This document shows positions 40,941 through 52,179 of a DNA stretch of 64,000 bases, piece by piece. The stretch is from Candidatus Firestoneibacteriota bacterium (lineage in GTDB: Bacteria; Oederibacteriota; D2-FULL-39-29), in assembly GCA_026388015.1 (NCBI GenBank), contig JAPLKO010000059.1, positions 566-64,565 on the forward strand, written 5' to 3'. The notes beneath the pieces are model-generated. The model was not told the origin of the DNA. It did no database searches and was given only the letters and a program-made list of their open reading frames with translations. Numbering within the stretch: the stretch's first letter is position 1; each line of letters begins with the position of its first letter. The position numbers and the translations under genes are program-made.

Positions 40941-43619
40941 ATGGCGGTTCGTGAACTTTCCAAAAGGTATGAGCCCAAAGAAGTTGAGAAAAAATGGTAT
41001 GACATCTGGCTTGCCAGGAACTATTTTACCGCCGATGCGGCGGATGATAAAAAACCACCGTTCTCAATTGTAATTCCGCCGCCCAACGTTACGGGCGCGC
41101 TTCATGTGGGACATGCGCTCAATAACACTCTTCAGGATGCTCTTTCCCGGTACAAAAGAATGCAGGGCTTCAACGTCCTCTGGCTCCCGGGTACGGACCA
41201 TGCGGGTATTGCTACACAAAACGTTGTGGAAAAAGAGCTCCGTAAGGAAGGAAAAAGCCGGCATGATCTCGGGCGGGAAAAATTTGTTGAAAAAGTTTGG
41301 GAATGGAAAGAAAAATACGGCAGCACGATAATCAATCAGCTTAAAACTCTCGGCTGCTCCTGTGACTGGAGTCGCGAGCGTTTTACTATGGATGAAGGAC
41401 TTTCCAATGCCGTAAAAACGGTGTTTGTTACGCTTTATAAAGAAGGTTTAATATACCGCGGAAATTATATTGTTAACTGGTGCCCGAGGTGTCATACCGC
41501 CTTATCTGATATTGAAGTTGAGTATAAAGATGTCGCCGGGCATTTTTGGCATATTAAATATCCTGTAAAAGGGGAGGATGCCTTTATAACGGTTGCCACC
41601 ACCAGGCCGGAGACGCTGCTTGGTGATACGGCGGTTGCAGTAAATCCTAAAGATGAGAGATGGAATAAATATATTGGAAAAACAGTTATCCTTCCTGTTA
41701 TGAAACGTGAGATTAAGGTTATCGGTGACGAGATGGTGGATATGGAGCTCGGTACGGGAGCTGTAAAGGTGACCCCTGCTCACGATCCAAATGACTTTGC
41801 TATGGGTAAAAAACACGGCCTGGAAGAGATAATTATAATGGATAACTCCGCCGTGATGAATGAGAATGCCGGGAAATATAAAGGTAAGGACCGTTTTACG
41901 GCGAGAAAAGAGTTGGTAGCGGAGCTTGAGTCTCTCGGTTTACTGGCTAAAGTTGACGAATACCAGCACTCAGTAGGCGGGTGTTCAAGATGTGAAACTG
42001 TAGTAGAGCCGATAATCTCTCTCCAGTGGTTTGTGAAGATGAAACCTCTGGCGGCGCCTGCAATTCAAGCGGTAAAAGAAGGTAAAATAAAATTTGTTCC
42101 CGAGCATTGGGGCGATACTTATTTTCAATGGATGGATAATATCCGGGACTGGTGCATAAGCCGTCAGCTCTGGTGGGGACACCGTTTGCCCGTCTGGTAC
42201 TGCCAAAGCTGTAAGGAAGTTATAGTTGATTACACGGCTCCGGAAAAATGTCCTACTTGCGGCGGTGCCGTAGAACAGGACCCGGATGTGCTTGACACCT
42301 GGTTTTCTTCGGCGCTCTGGCCTTTTTCTACAATGGGCTGGCCGAATGAAACGCCGGACCTTAAGAAGTTCTATCCCACGAGCGTTCTTTCCACCGGTCA
42401 CGATATAATCTTCTTCTGGGTTGCCCGAATGATAATGATGGGTCTAAAGTTCCGCTGCGAAATTCCGTTTAAAGAAGTCTATATTCACCCTCTGATTCGC
42501 GATGCAGAAGGGAAGAAGATGAGTAAATCCAAAGGTAATGTTATAGACCCTCTGGTTGTGCTTGATAAATATGGTACTGATGCCTTGCGTTTTACAATCG
42601 GAGTGCAGGCTGCGCACGGAAGGGATATATATCTGTCTGATGAAAGGTTCGAGGGCTACAGGAATTTTGTAAACAAGCTCTGGAATGCCTCCAGATTTGT
42701 GCTTATGAATCTAGAAGGCTTTGACAGCTCGGTCATTAAACCGGAAAAACTTCAGCTCACGCTGGCGGACAGATGGCTTCTCAGTAAGTTCAACAGTCTT
42801 GTTTCGGAAGTCACCAAAAATCTGGATACCTATAATTTTGATAAAGCCGCCCAGGGCCTTTATGACTTTCTTTGGCATGAGTTCTGCGACTGGTATATTG
42901 AGCTTGCCAAGCCGAGAATGAACCTTAAAAATCCGGAAGCGGTTAAGGTCTGTGAAGAAAAACATACCGAAAGAGAAACGGTCCAATTTATCATCTCCGA
43001 GACCCTGGAGAAAACGTTAAGACTCCTTCATCCCTTTATGCCTTTTGTTACGGAAGAGATTTGGCAGTCTTTGCCGCATGAAGGCGAGTCGATAATGAAG
43101 GCAAAGTGGCCGGAGCCGGCAAGAGAAGAGATCAAAAAAGATATTGAAGAAGAGATGGATCTTCTAAAGAGTATTATTAATGCCGTTAGAAATGCAAGAA
43201 GCGAGGGGAAGGTCAATCCCGGAGCAAAGATAAATGTTAATATCAAAACCAAAGATGAAGTCGTAATAAAAGCAGTAGAAAGCAGTCTGCATTACATAAA
43301 GGACCTTGCAAAGATTGACAAAATAGCAGTAGGTCCGGCAGTTCTGAAACCCGAACTTTCTGTAACTGCAGTCTTGCCAAAATTGGAGATTTTTGTTATA
43401 TTGGAGGGGTTAATTGACCTGGGAAAAGAAAAAGAACGGCTTGCCCGGGAAATAGAAAAGATTGACATCGAGATTGAGAAAGCAAAAGTTAAACTTTCCA
43501 ACGAGTCCTTCCTGCAGAAAGCCCCGGTCGAGGTTATTGCGATCGAGAAGAAAAAACAGCAGGAATATCTTGAAAAGAAAGCGAAACTTGAAGAAAATCT
43601 CGAAAGGATGGCAAGGTGA
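40941..43619 (+). CDS. valS: Valine--tRNA ligase
   Basis: HIGH motif ([16 protein letters not shown]), KMSKS motif ([10 protein letters not shown]), a CP1 editing domain and a C-terminal coiled coil. Confidence 0.9.
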   Translation: MAVRELSKRYEPKEVEKKWYDIWLARNYFTADAADDKKPPFSIVIPPPNVTGALHVGHALNNTLQDALSRYKRMQGFNVLWLPGTDHAGIATQNVVEKELRKEGKSRHDLGREKFVEKVWEWKEKYGSTIINQLKTLGCSCDWSRERFTMDEGLSNAVKTVFVTLYKEGLIYRGNYIVNWCPRCHTALSDIEVEYKDVAGHFWHIKYPVKGEDAFITVATTRPETLLGDTAVAVNPKDERWNKYIGKTVILPVMKREIKVIGDEMVDMELGTGAVKVTPAHDPNDFAMGKKHGLEEIIIMDNSAVMNENAGKYKGKDRFTARKELVAELESLGLLAKVDEYQHSVGGCSRCETVVEPIISLQWFVKMKPLAAPAIQAVKEGKIKFVPEHWGDTYFQWMDNIRDWCISRQLWWGHRLPVWYCQSCKEVIVDYTAPEKCPTCGGAVEQDPDVLDTWFSSALWPFSTMGWPNETPDLKKFYPTSVLSTGHDIIFFWVARMIMMGLKFRCEIPFKEVYIHPLIRDAEGKKMSKSKGNVIDPLVVLDKYGTDALRFTIGVQAAHGRDIYLSDERFEGYRNFVNKLWNASRFVLMNLEGFDSSVIKPEKLQLTLADRWLLSKFNSLVSEVTKNLDTYNFDKAAQGLYDFLWHEFCDWYIELAKPRMNLKNPEAVKVCEEKHTERETVQFIISETLEKTLRLLHPFMPFVTEEIWQSLPHEGESIMKAKWPEPAREEIKKDIEEEMDLLKSIINAVRNARSEGKVNPGAKINVNIKTKDEVVIKAVESSLHYIKDLAKIDKIAVGPAVLKPELSVTAVLPKLEIFVILEGLIDLGKEKERLAREIEKIDIEIEKAKVKLSNESFLQKAPVEVIAIEKKKQQEYLEKKAKLEENLERMAR

Positions 43620-44437
43620 ATACGAGAAATATAATAAGAAGCGCGCTTGTAGAGGATGTAGGCAGCGGAGATGTAACCACCGATACTATAGTTCCCGAAG
43701 GTCTAAACGTAAAAGCTGTGATTGCGGCCGATGAAGGCGGAATTGTCTCGGGTCTGGCTGCGGCAAAAGAAGTATTCACAGTCTTTGATCCCGGACTCGA
43801 AGTTAAGGCTATGGTAAGCGACGGAGAGAAAGTAAAAAAAGGTACGGTGCTTTTAAAACTAAAAGGCAGCGCGAGAACCATTCTTACCTGCGAGAGAATT
43901 GCGCTTAATCTCCTGCAAAGGCTATCCGGTATCTCTACTCTGACCGCAAAATATGTAAAGCTGGCAAAACCCTATGGCGCAACTATACTCGATACTAGAA
44001 AGACTACGCCGGGACTTAGGGCTTTGGAAAAATATGCGGTAAAAGCCGGGGGCGGAGAAAATCACAGGATGGGACTCTTCGACGGCACGCTGATAAAAGA
44101 TAATCACATAAAAATTGCAGGTTCTATTCTCAAAGCGGTTAGTTTAGTAAAAGCAAAATACCCGGGAGAGTTAATTGAGGTTGAAGCGCAGAATTTAAAA
44201 GAAGTCCAGGAAGCGTTAAAGGCCGAAATTGAAGTAATAATGCTGGACAACCTTAGTTATGGAGACATGAAAAAAGCCGTAAAACTAATTAACAAGCAAT
44301 GCCGTATAGAAGTTTCGGGGGGCGTTAATCTTAAAACCATAGAAAAATTTGCAAAACTAAATGTGGATTATATATCTGTAGGCGCGCTTACGCATTCGGC
44401 GAAAAGCCTTAATATTTCGCTGGATATATTAGGATAA
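43616..44437 (+). CDS. nadC: Nicotinate-nucleotide pyrophosphorylase (quinolinate phosphoribosyltransferase)
   Basis: QPRTase fold motifs (…[28 protein letters not shown]…). The GTG start overlaps the valS stop. Confidence 0.8.
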   Translation: MNTRNIIRSALVEDVGSGDVTTDTIVPEGLNVKAVIAADEGGIVSGLAAAKEVFTVFDPGLEVKAMVSDGEKVKKGTVLLKLKGSARTILTCERIALNLLQRLSGISTLTAKYVKLAKPYGATILDTRKTTPGLRALEKYAVKAGGGENHRMGLFDGTLIKDNHIKIAGSILKAVSLVKAKYPGELIEVEAQNLKEVQEALKAEIEVIMLDNLSYGDMKKAVKLINKQCRIEVSGGVNLKTIEKFAKLNVDYISVGALTHSAKSLNISLDILG

Positions 44438-44480
44438 GCAAACAGCAAATACTATGATTAAAGTAGTAGATTCCACACAA

Positions 44481-44551
44481 TTACTAAGAATAAATAACTA
44501 AGAACTAAAATAAGGCGATTTTGTTTAGTACTTAGTATTTACAACTTAGTG
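44481..44551 (+). promoter_or_regulatory. Dyad array of direct and inverted ACTAAGAA / CTTAGT half-sites upstream of purS: candidate operator
   Basis: ACTAAGAA at 44483-90 and 44497-504 (a degenerate third copy follows). The reverse-complement-like repeats TTTAGTA, CTTAGTA and CTTAGTG lie at 44524-50. Confidence 0.4.
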
Positions 44552-44577
44552 CTTGATTTAAGCGGGGGTATAACATT

Positions 44578-44802
44578 ATGAAATGGGAAGTTGAAGTCTG
44601 GTATAAACAGGGCGTAACTGATGCGGTCGGAGATTCCGTAAAAAAAGGCATAGGCGATTTAGGTATTTCCGGAGTCAGTAATGTTAAGACCGGCCAGGTG
44701 TATATTATAGAAGGCAAGCTCGATAAAAAGCAGATTGAAAAAGTATGTTCCGGTCTCTTAGCCAACGGTATCGTACAATATTATAAAAAGAAAAAATTGT
44801 AA
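44578..44802 (+). CDS. purS: Phosphoribosylformylglycinamidine synthase subunit PurS
   Basis: 74 aa, MKWEVEVWYKQGVTDAVGDSVKKGIGDLG. Confidence 0.85.
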   Translation: MKWEVEVWYKQGVTDAVGDSVKKGIGDLGISGVSNVKTGQVYIIEGKLDKKQIEKVCSGLLANGIVQYYKKKKL

Positions 44803-44808
44803 GGATAT

Positions 44809-47175
44809 ATGAAAATCGTAAAAACTCTAAAAATTCTAAAAGCCGGTGAAGAACAACTCCTCGAAATAAGCAGAAAAGGTCTGCTCTCCTTAAATCTTGC
44901 GGAAATGAAGGCAGTGCAGGCGTATTTTAAAAAGAAAAAGAGAGAGCCCACAGATGTTGAGCTGGAAACTATTGCACAGACCTGGAGCGAGCATTGCAAG
45001 CATAAAGCCTTCAGGGGAGTTATTAACTACAACGGAAAGAAGATTGATAATCTGTTAAAGCAGACAGTATTTAAAGCGACGAAAGAGTTAAATAAAGAGT
45101 GGTGTGTTTCGGTTTTTACTGACAATGCAGGAATAATAAAATTTGACGAAAACAATTGTGTGGCTTTTAAAGTGGAAACACACAACCATCCTTCGGCCAT
45201 AGAGCCTTACGGCGGTGCAGGGACTGGTATCGGCGGAGTTATCAGGGATATTCTGGGCGTCGGATTGGGCGCAAAACCTATTATGAATACCGATGTGTTT
45301 TGCTTTGGACCTCTTGATTATCCCGAAGAAAAGCTCCTTGAAGGAACTCTACATCCGAGAAGAATATTTAAGGGTGTAGTTTCTGGAGTCAGGGATTACG
45401 GAAACAGGATGGGCATACCAACCTGTAACGGAGCGGTAATATTTGATGAAGGTTATACCTGTAATCCTTTGGTTTATTGCGGGACTGTCGGGATTATGCC
45501 GAATAACACCTGCTTTAAGAAAGTTAAGGTTGGGGATATTATTGTTTCCCTGGGCGGCAAGACCGGCAGAGACGGAATACACGGAGCTACTTTCTCTTCA
45601 ATTGCCTTAGATAAAGACACCGAAGTTAGCGCAGTACAAATCGGAAATCCTATAGTTGAAAAAAAGACACAAGACGCCCTCCTTCAGGCCAGGGATAAAG
45701 GTCTGTATAATGCGCTGACTGATTGCGGAGCCGGAGGATATTCTTCTGCGGTGGGTGAAATGGCGGAAGAGACCGGAGCCCGGGTTTATCTTGACCGGGT
45801 GCCTCTTAAATATCCCGGGCTTGCTCCCTGGGAGATCTGGGTCTCGGAAGCTCAAGAGAGAATGGTCTTTGCCGTGCCCATCGAGAAATTATCCGAAATA
45901 ATGAAAATATTTGAACGGGAAAATGTGGAAGCAACAATCATCGGCGAGTTTTCCGGCACAAAACGGCTTGAATTATTTTATGGTTCTGAAAAAGTGGCGG
46001 ATCTTGATATGAAATTCATACACGAAGGCGGCCCGCGGTTTGAGCTTACAGCCGAATGGAAAGAAAAAAAGAACAATGAACCTAACTTTGTATCTCCTGT
46101 CAATCTCGGAGATTCCTTAAATAAAATACTCTCGGATTTAACCGTTGCCAGCAAGGAATGGATAATCAGGCAGTATGACCACGAGGTGCAGGGCGGTTCT
46201 ATTATTAAACCTCTGCAAGGGGCCACAAACGATGGACCCGGAGATGCGGCAGTTGCCAGGCCCATACTTACTTCCTGGAAAGGCGTTGCAGTTTCAAATG
46301 GTATAAATCCGCGTTACGGAATGCTTGATCCTTACTGGATGGCGGCTTCAAACATTGATGAAGCTGTAAGAAATATAGTGGCAGTGGGAGGGGATCCGGA
46401 AAAAATTGCAATTCTGGATAACTTCTGCTGGGGCAATCCCAATAAACCCGAAGAACTTGCGGGGATGGTCCGCGCATCGCTTGCTTGTTATGATATTGCT
46501 ATGGCGTATGGCACCCCGTTTATTTCCGGCAAGGATAGTTTAAACAATGAATACGTTGATGTAAGTACGGGTGACAAAGTGGCAATTCCGGGAACTTTGC
46601 TTATCTCGGCAATTTCTGTTATGGAAGACGTGCGGGATGCCGTCACTATGGATTTCAAAGCGGAAGGCAATTCTATTTATGTGATAGGAACGACTCATAA
46701 TGAAATGGGCGGTTCGGTGTATTTTAAACTTAAAAATGAGCTGGGAAATACCGTGCCTAAGGTTGACGGTAAAACAGCAAAGAAAATATTTGCCAAACTC
46801 CATAAAGCGATAAAGCTGGGTTTGGTGAAATCCTGCCATGACTGTTCGGAAGGCGGACTCGGAGTGGCTCTTGCAGAGATGGCTTTTGCCGGCGGTACGG
46901 GTGTGGATGTCTGTCTGGACAAAGTAAAAAGGAGCGGAGATGTAAATAGGGATGATTATGTGCTGTTTTCCGAATCCAATTCAAGATTTGTCGTAGAGCT
47001 GGAAAAAAAGCATCAGGCAAAATTCGAGAATCTCTTCAAAGAAATAGAAATTTCAAATATAGGCCAGACCGGCGGCGATAAAGTTATGATTTACGGTCTT
47101 GATAACAGATTGGTTATCAGTGAAGATATTAATGTGCTGAAAGAATCCTGGCAGAAGCCGTTAAGAACCCCATGA
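44809..47175 (+). CDS. purL: Phosphoribosylformylglycinamidine synthase subunit PurL (FGAM synthase II)
   Basis: 788 aa with AIR-synthase-related tandem domains. Confidence 0.85.
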   Translation: MKIVKTLKILKAGEEQLLEISRKGLLSLNLAEMKAVQAYFKKKKREPTDVELETIAQTWSEHCKHKAFRGVINYNGKKIDNLLKQTVFKATKELNKEWCVSVFTDNAGIIKFDENNCVAFKVETHNHPSAIEPYGGAGTGIGGVIRDILGVGLGAKPIMNTDVFCFGPLDYPEEKLLEGTLHPRRIFKGVVSGVRDYGNRMGIPTCNGAVIFDEGYTCNPLVYCGTVGIMPNNTCFKKVKVGDIIVSLGGKTGRDGIHGATFSSIALDKDTEVSAVQIGNPIVEKKTQDALLQARDKGLYNALTDCGAGGYSSAVGEMAEETGARVYLDRVPLKYPGLAPWEIWVSEAQERMVFAVPIEKLSEIMKIFERENVEATIIGEFSGTKRLELFYGSEKVADLDMKFIHEGGPRFELTAEWKEKKNNEPNFVSPVNLGDSLNKILSDLTVASKEWIIRQYDHEVQGGSIIKPLQGATNDGPGDAAVARPILTSWKGVAVSNGINPRYGMLDPYWMAASNIDEAVRNIVAVGGDPEKIAILDNFCWGNPNKPEELAGMVRASLACYDIAMAYGTPFISGKDSLNNEYVDVSTGDKVAIPGTLLISAISVMEDVRDAVTMDFKAEGNSIYVIGTTHNEMGGSVYFKLKNELGNTVPKVDGKTAKKIFAKLHKAIKLGLVKSCHDCSEGGLGVALAEMAFAGGTGVDVCLDKVKRSGDVNRDDYVLFSESNSRFVVELEKKHQAKFENLFKEIEISNIGQTGGDKVMIYGLDNRLVISEDINVLKESWQKPLRTP

Positions 47176-47208
47176 AGCAAAAAATAGAAAATAGATAAGG
47201 AAGATACT

Positions 47209-48003
47209 ATGTCAAAGAAGGCTAAGGTTATTGTTATACGCACGGCGGGGACGAACTGTGATTATGAAACGGTCACGGCATTTGAGCTCTGCGGGGCAGA
47301 GGTGGATCTCGTTCATATTAATCAGCTCCTTAGAAAAGAAGTGGATATATTGAACTATCAAATACTCGCCATTCCGGGCGGATTCTCTTACGGGGATGAT
47401 GTTGCTTCCGGAAAGATTCTTGCCAATGAGATACAATACCGGCTGATAGATACAATATCCAGATTTGTTTCCGAAAGAAGGCTGATTATTGGTATCTGCA
47501 ACGGCTTTCAGGTACTGGTTAAAACCGGGCTTTTACCGGGAATAGACGGAATTGATAAAAAAGAATATACCACTCTCTTTAATAATGATTCCGGCAAATT
47601 TGAAGACAGATGGTGTTATCTGAAAAGCACCTCCAATAGATGCATCTTTACCAGGGGGTTGAAGGAACAAATTTATCTTCCGGTTGCTCATGGTGAAGGC
47701 AAATTTATAACATTAGATGAAAAAACACTCGAGTACCTGAAGAAAAATGATATGATAGTTTTTAAATATGTAAATAAAGACGGTGATATTGCCGGTTATC
47801 CGGCTAATCCAAACGGTTCAGCCGAAGCTATCGCCGGAATTTGCAATCCGGGCGGGAATATTCTTGGACTTATGCCCCATCCGGAAAGATTTGTTACCCG
47901 CTATAATCATCCGAGATGGACCAGGGAGAAACTTCCGGAAGAAGGGGACGGTCTGGCTCTTTTTAGGAATGCGGTGGAGTTTGCCAAGAAAAAACTCCAA
48001 TGA
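47209..48003 (+). CDS. purQ: Phosphoribosylformylglycinamidine synthase subunit PurQ (glutaminase)
   Basis: Class I glutamine amidotransferase with a catalytic Cys in GICNGFQVL and the HPE motif. Confidence 0.85.
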   Translation: MSKKAKVIVIRTAGTNCDYETVTAFELCGAEVDLVHINQLLRKEVDILNYQILAIPGGFSYGDDVASGKILANEIQYRLIDTISRFVSERRLIIGICNGFQVLVKTGLLPGIDGIDKKEYTTLFNNDSGKFEDRWCYLKSTSNRCIFTRGLKEQIYLPVAHGEGKFITLDEKTLEYLKKNDMIVFKYVNKDGDIAGYPANPNGSAEAIAGICNPGGNILGLMPHPERFVTRYNHPRWTREKLPEEGDGLALFRNAVEFAKKKLQ

Positions 48004-48725
48004 GAATCAAACTGCTGGCTTGCGAGGTTTTTCACCGGGAAGTAAATTGCTTTGCCGGCAGGGCAAAAAATATTATCGATATAGAATTCCTTGAAAAGGG
48101 ACTGCATGACAAATCTGACAGTTTACGCGTAAAACTCCAGGAAAAGATTGATGCAGCCCAGGCTCCCTATGAAGCTATAGTTCTTGCTTACGGACTCTGC
48201 GGAAACGCAGCAGAGGGCGTGACGGCGAAAGGGCTCCCGCTTGTAATCCCCAGAGTGCATGATTGCTCCGGCTTCTTGCTTGGCTCTAATGCGCGTTTTA
48301 TGGAATATTTCAAAGACAATTTTAGCCAGCCCTTTACTTCCGCCGGCTACATGGAACGCGGTGAGTCTATGTACCGGGAAGGCGAGACTATAAAACTCTG
48401 CGGAACCAAAGGGACCTATGAGGAATTTGTGAAAATGTACGGAGAAGAGAATGCTAAATTTATCATTGAAGCGCTTGCGCCGAAAAAGCATAATGAAAGC
48501 ATAGTTTATATAGAAACAGAAGTTACAAAACACCTGGGTTATGCGGAAAAAACAAAAGAATACGCAAAGAAAGAAAAACTCAAATATGTCGAATATCAGG
48601 CTGACTTAAAGCTCCTGTATGATTTACTGGAGGGGAATTGGTCAGACACCTCAAGATTTCTTATAGTTCCTCCGGGTAAAAGCATTAAGGCTTCATACGA
48701 TGACTATGTGATAAAAACAATTTAA
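48000..48725 (+). CDS. Cys-rich hypothetical protein, DUF1638-like
   Basis: 241 aa with MRIKLLACEVFHREV… and conserved cysteines (LAYGLCGNA…RVHDCSGF). The start overlaps the purQ stop (ATGA). Confidence 0.35.
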   Translation: MRIKLLACEVFHREVNCFAGRAKNIIDIEFLEKGLHDKSDSLRVKLQEKIDAAQAPYEAIVLAYGLCGNAAEGVTAKGLPLVIPRVHDCSGFLLGSNARFMEYFKDNFSQPFTSAGYMERGESMYREGETIKLCGTKGTYEEFVKMYGEENAKFIIEALAPKKHNESIVYIETEVTKHLGYAEKTKEYAKKEKLKYVEYQADLKLLYDLLEGNWSDTSRFLIVPPGKSIKASYDDYVIKTI

Positions 48726-48745
48726 AAAAGAGGCTTCCCGCATTC

Positions 48746-48774
48746 TTTACAAAATCAAAAATTATATGTATAAT
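48746..48774 (+). promoter_or_regulatory. Sigma70-type promoter (TTTACA-17-TATAAT) upstream of the DHH-CBS-poly(A) polymerase gene
   Basis: TTTACA at 48746-51, a 17-nt spacer, then TATAAT at 48769-74. Confidence 0.6.
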
Positions 48775-48839
48775 GTAATTATGGATATAGACGGCTGCAA
48801 TAAAATAGTTAATGTTTTTAAAAAGGTTTGCAGTACGCA

Positions 48840-51461
48840 GTGAGAATTATTACTACGCACACCAATGCAGATTTTGACTCTCTGGCCTCTCTTGTTGCCG
48901 CCCAAAAACTCTACCCGGATGCGCTTATGGTTTTTTCCGGAAATGCTGAAAAAAAGGTAAAAGAGTATCTCACCCTCTACAGCAGCGAATTCAAAGTGTA
49001 CAGCGCAAGCGACCTTGACTTGAGTGAAGTAGACGGACTAATAGTTGTGGACACAAAGGCAAAAAAACGGCTCGGGGAATTGAGTAGAATACTGAAAAAC
49101 AAAAATCTTGAGGTAACCATCTGGGATCACCACCCGCCGTCAGAAGATGACATAGCCGGCGAAGAAATAATGAAAGACCTCAGGGTCGGCTGCGCCATTA
49201 CAAAATTTCTTTATAAATTCAAGGAAGATAAAATACACATCAGCGAGACGGAAGCGACGCTTTTTGCCATTGCCCTTTATGAAGAAACAGGTTCCTTTGA
49301 ATTTGCGACTGTTACTCCGCTTGATTTTCAGATGATGGCCTATCTAATAGAATGCGGGGCAAAAATCAATATTGCGAGGGATTTTCTTAAGGAAGGCTTT
49401 TCCGCGGAGCAGGATGCGCTTTTCCGCAAACTCCTGAATTCCATTGAAACTTTTGATGTTAAAAATCTTCCGGTTCGAATTGCTGTTGCCGAGATGGAAA
49501 GATTTGTAAAGGATATTGCCCTTGTGGTGCACAAGCTGAGAGATATGGGAAATCTAGATTGCGTCTTTGTCATAGTCAAACTTCCGGAACGCGTTTATCT
49601 GGTAGGCCGGTCTTCACTTGAGGAGCTAAATGCAGGAGAGGTAATGCAGGAGTTCGGGGGCGGCGGGCATAAAGCAGCTGCTTCCGCAATGTTAAAAGAA
49701 GGCACGCTTTTTGATGTAAAAGAAAAGCTTCTTCGGATTCTCAGAGAAAAGACCAGACCTTTTATGATAGCTTCGGATATTATGAGTCACCCCGTACTTA
49801 CTATTAAAGCCGATGTTACCGTGGAAGAAGCAAGAAAGATAATGCTTCGTTTTAACCATAGCGCTTTGCCTGTGGCCGACGGGAACACCATTAGGGGAAT
49901 TATTTCTGTCTCCGAACTCGATAAGGCTATCCATCATAAGCTTCACGAAGCCAGAGTCTCCGGCTATATGCGGACAAATATCAAAACCGCCGGTCCGGAA
50001 ACAGCTGTTTCTGATATTCAGAAAATGATGATAGATGAAGGGGATGGAAGGATTGTGATTATAGACAGGAACTCCGTTATAAAAGGGATTGTAACCAGAA
50101 CGGATGTCTTAAGATGCCAGAGTAAAGATATTTTCAAGGACAGGGTCATACAGGTGGAGCAGAAACTCGAAAATGCGGAACCGCATTTTCGTAACGTTAA
50201 GCATCTTATGAAGAGTAGATTGCCCGCCAAATTACACAGCCTGCTCCTGGAAATCGGCAGGCTTGCGGATAAAGAAAAATATAAAGTGTACGTGGTCGGC
50301 GGTTTTGTGAGAGATCTTTTATTGAATATTGAAAATATGGATTTGGATATTGTGGTTGAAGGCGCAGGAATTACTTTCGCTTCAATTTTGGCAAAAAGAT
50401 TTAAGGCGGAGCTTAAGAAACACAAGAAATACGGAACAGCGGTTTTGCGTTTGCCGGGCGGGGTAAAGATAGATATTGCTACCGCAAGAGTGGAGTCTTA
50501 CGAGTATCCCGCGAGCGCGCCTACCGTGGAATTCTCAAAGCTCAAATACGACCTTTTCAGGCGGGACTTCACCATAAATGCTATGGCTATAGAGCTTAAC
50601 CAGACGGATTTTGGGATGCTTGTGGATTTCTTTAACGGACAAAAAGATTTGCAGGCAAAGCTAATACGGGTGCTGCATAATATGAGTTTTGTGGAAGATC
50701 CGACAAGAATATTTAGAGCTGTACGTTTTGAGCAAAGATATGGTTTTAAGATAGAAAAAAGTTCCATGAATTTTCTTGATAACGCCCTGGATATAGAGAT
50801 GTTTGACCGGCTTGCCACTCACAAACTCAAAGACGAGATTGTACTTATTCTAAATGAAGATTTGCCGATAAAAGCGATAGACCGGATGAGAGAGCTTGAT
50901 GTGTTAAAATACATTCATCCCGATATTAGAATAACTTCCGCAAAAAAACAGATATTCAAGGAGATTACAAACAGTTTTACCGTCGAAGTTCTCTTTCTTG
51001 ACGACCCCGTGGATCGGTGGCTGGTTAATTTTCTTGCTCTCGTGGATGATTTAAGCATAAATCAGATTGTACATATCTGTGAAAAGTTTAAACTTTCTAC
51101 GAAGGTTATCACACAGATGGTGCAGATAAAAAAAGAGGAAAAAGAGATCCTGCGCCTGCTTGAAAAAGTAAAGATGAAAAACAGCGAAGTTTATGACCTT
51201 TTGGCGCCGCTCTCCTGCGAGGGCCTTCTTTTTTATATGTCAAAATCAAAATCACTCAGAGCCAGGCAGAGAATACACCTGTTCTTATCCTCGCTTTACA
51301 AAGTAAAGCTGGACGTGACCGGCGAAGACCTGAAGGCCTACGGCATAAAACCCGGCCCGGTCTTCAAAAAAATCCTGAAAGAACTCTTAGCCCTAAAACT
51401 CGACAGCTCCATAAAAACCCGCGCCGAAGAGCTGGAGTTACTAAAAACACTCAAATCGTAA
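48840..51461 (+). CDS. Fusion protein: DHH/DHHA1 phosphoesterase, CBS pair, and poly(A) polymerase/tRNA CCA-nucleotidyltransferase head with C-terminal domain
   Basis: N-terminal IITTHTNADFDSLAS (DHH) followed by a DHHA1 GGGH motif. The middle carries two CBS motifs. The C-terminal half has the PolyA_pol signature (…VYVVGGFVRDLLL…DLDIVVEG…). A probable GTG start lies at 48840. Confidence 0.65.
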   Translation: MRIITTHTNADFDSLASLVAAQKLYPDALMVFSGNAEKKVKEYLTLYSSEFKVYSASDLDLSEVDGLIVVDTKAKKRLGELSRILKNKNLEVTIWDHHPPSEDDIAGEEIMKDLRVGCAITKFLYKFKEDKIHISETEATLFAIALYEETGSFEFATVTPLDFQMMAYLIECGAKINIARDFLKEGFSAEQDALFRKLLNSIETFDVKNLPVRIAVAEMERFVKDIALVVHKLRDMGNLDCVFVIVKLPERVYLVGRSSLEELNAGEVMQEFGGGGHKAAASAMLKEGTLFDVKEKLLRILREKTRPFMIASDIMSHPVLTIKADVTVEEARKIMLRFNHSALPVADGNTIRGIISVSELDKAIHHKLHEARVSGYMRTNIKTAGPETAVSDIQKMMIDEGDGRIVIIDRNSVIKGIVTRTDVLRCQSKDIFKDRVIQVEQKLENAEPHFRNVKHLMKSRLPAKLHSLLLEIGRLADKEKYKVYVVGGFVRDLLLNIENMDLDIVVEGAGITFASILAKRFKAELKKHKKYGTAVLRLPGGVKIDIATARVESYEYPASAPTVEFSKLKYDLFRRDFTINAMAIELNQTDFGMLVDFFNGQKDLQAKLIRVLHNMSFVEDPTRIFRAVRFEQRYGFKIEKSSMNFLDNALDIEMFDRLATHKLKDEIVLILNEDLPIKAIDRMRELDVLKYIHPDIRITSAKKQIFKEITNSFTVEVLFLDDPVDRWLVNFLALVDDLSINQIVHICEKFKLSTKVITQMVQIKKEEKEILRLLEKVKMKNSEVYDLLAPLSCEGLLFYMSKSKSLRARQRIHLFLSSLYKVKLDVTGEDLKAYGIKPGPVFKKILKELLALKLDSSIKTRAEELELLKTLKS

Positions 51462-51628
51462 GCCGGAAAATATATAATGCATGTAGGAACTTCTTCGAGG
51501 GATATAAGGTTGTCTGGAACTTATTATTTGTAGAGGTTCACTTTGATTTCGTAGGGCAATATCAAAAAAGTAATAATGCTGTGTTTTTTTTTCGTAATGG
51601 TGGGAATTTTAAGCTCTGCTGAACCGGT

Positions 51629-52089
51629 TTGGGATTGGACTCCAGTATCTCAGGCGGCGGGTATCTTACGGAAAACGGCGGGAAAAGCTGGCAGATGATA
51701 CACCACTCGGAGCTGATTCCCGGTATTCGTTTTCAGGGGGCATTTCATCCTGTTACTAAGGATACGCTTTATGCGGCGAGCGGCTGGGACGGGAATGTTT
51801 TAAAGTATCCAAAGACGGCGGGAAAACCTGGAAATTGGCAACAAAACAGGGTCCGGAGCATATGGGAGTCTATCCTCATCCTTCACGTCCGGGCTGGATG
51901 TTTCTTACTGTTATCGAGGGAGCGCCTGAGCACGGTTTGTATTTGAGTCGTGACGGCGGTGTAACTTTTAATCCGGTAAAGGAGTTCCCGTTCCTTAATG
52001 CTATGCGGGTGGTTGTTGATCCGAAAGACCAGAAAACTATTTATGTTACCACTTTCGGCGGCAGTGTTTGGAAGGGGAAGGAAAGATAA
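51629..52089 (+). pseudogene. Frameshifted, 5'-truncated fragment of a BNR/Asp-box (Ycf48-like) beta-propeller gene
   Basis: Two overlapping frames both carry S-x-D-G-G-x-T-W type repeats (TENGGKSW, SKDGGKTW, SRDGGVTF). The reading frame switches near 51795-51805. No upstream N-terminus or start codon is present. Confidence 0.55.
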
Positions 52090-52179
52090 ATAGGACGCAG
52101 AAAAATATGCGATACAGAAAATAATACCTATTCTATTGAAAACAAATAAGATCTTTGCTATTATGGACCTGGTGCGCAA

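Noticed and set aside
44438-44577. ZTP (pfl) or purine riboswitch upstream of purS
   Set aside because: The region is AT-rich with a short repeat array and lacks the GC-rich pseudoknot elements of pfl/ZTP. It fits a protein operator better.
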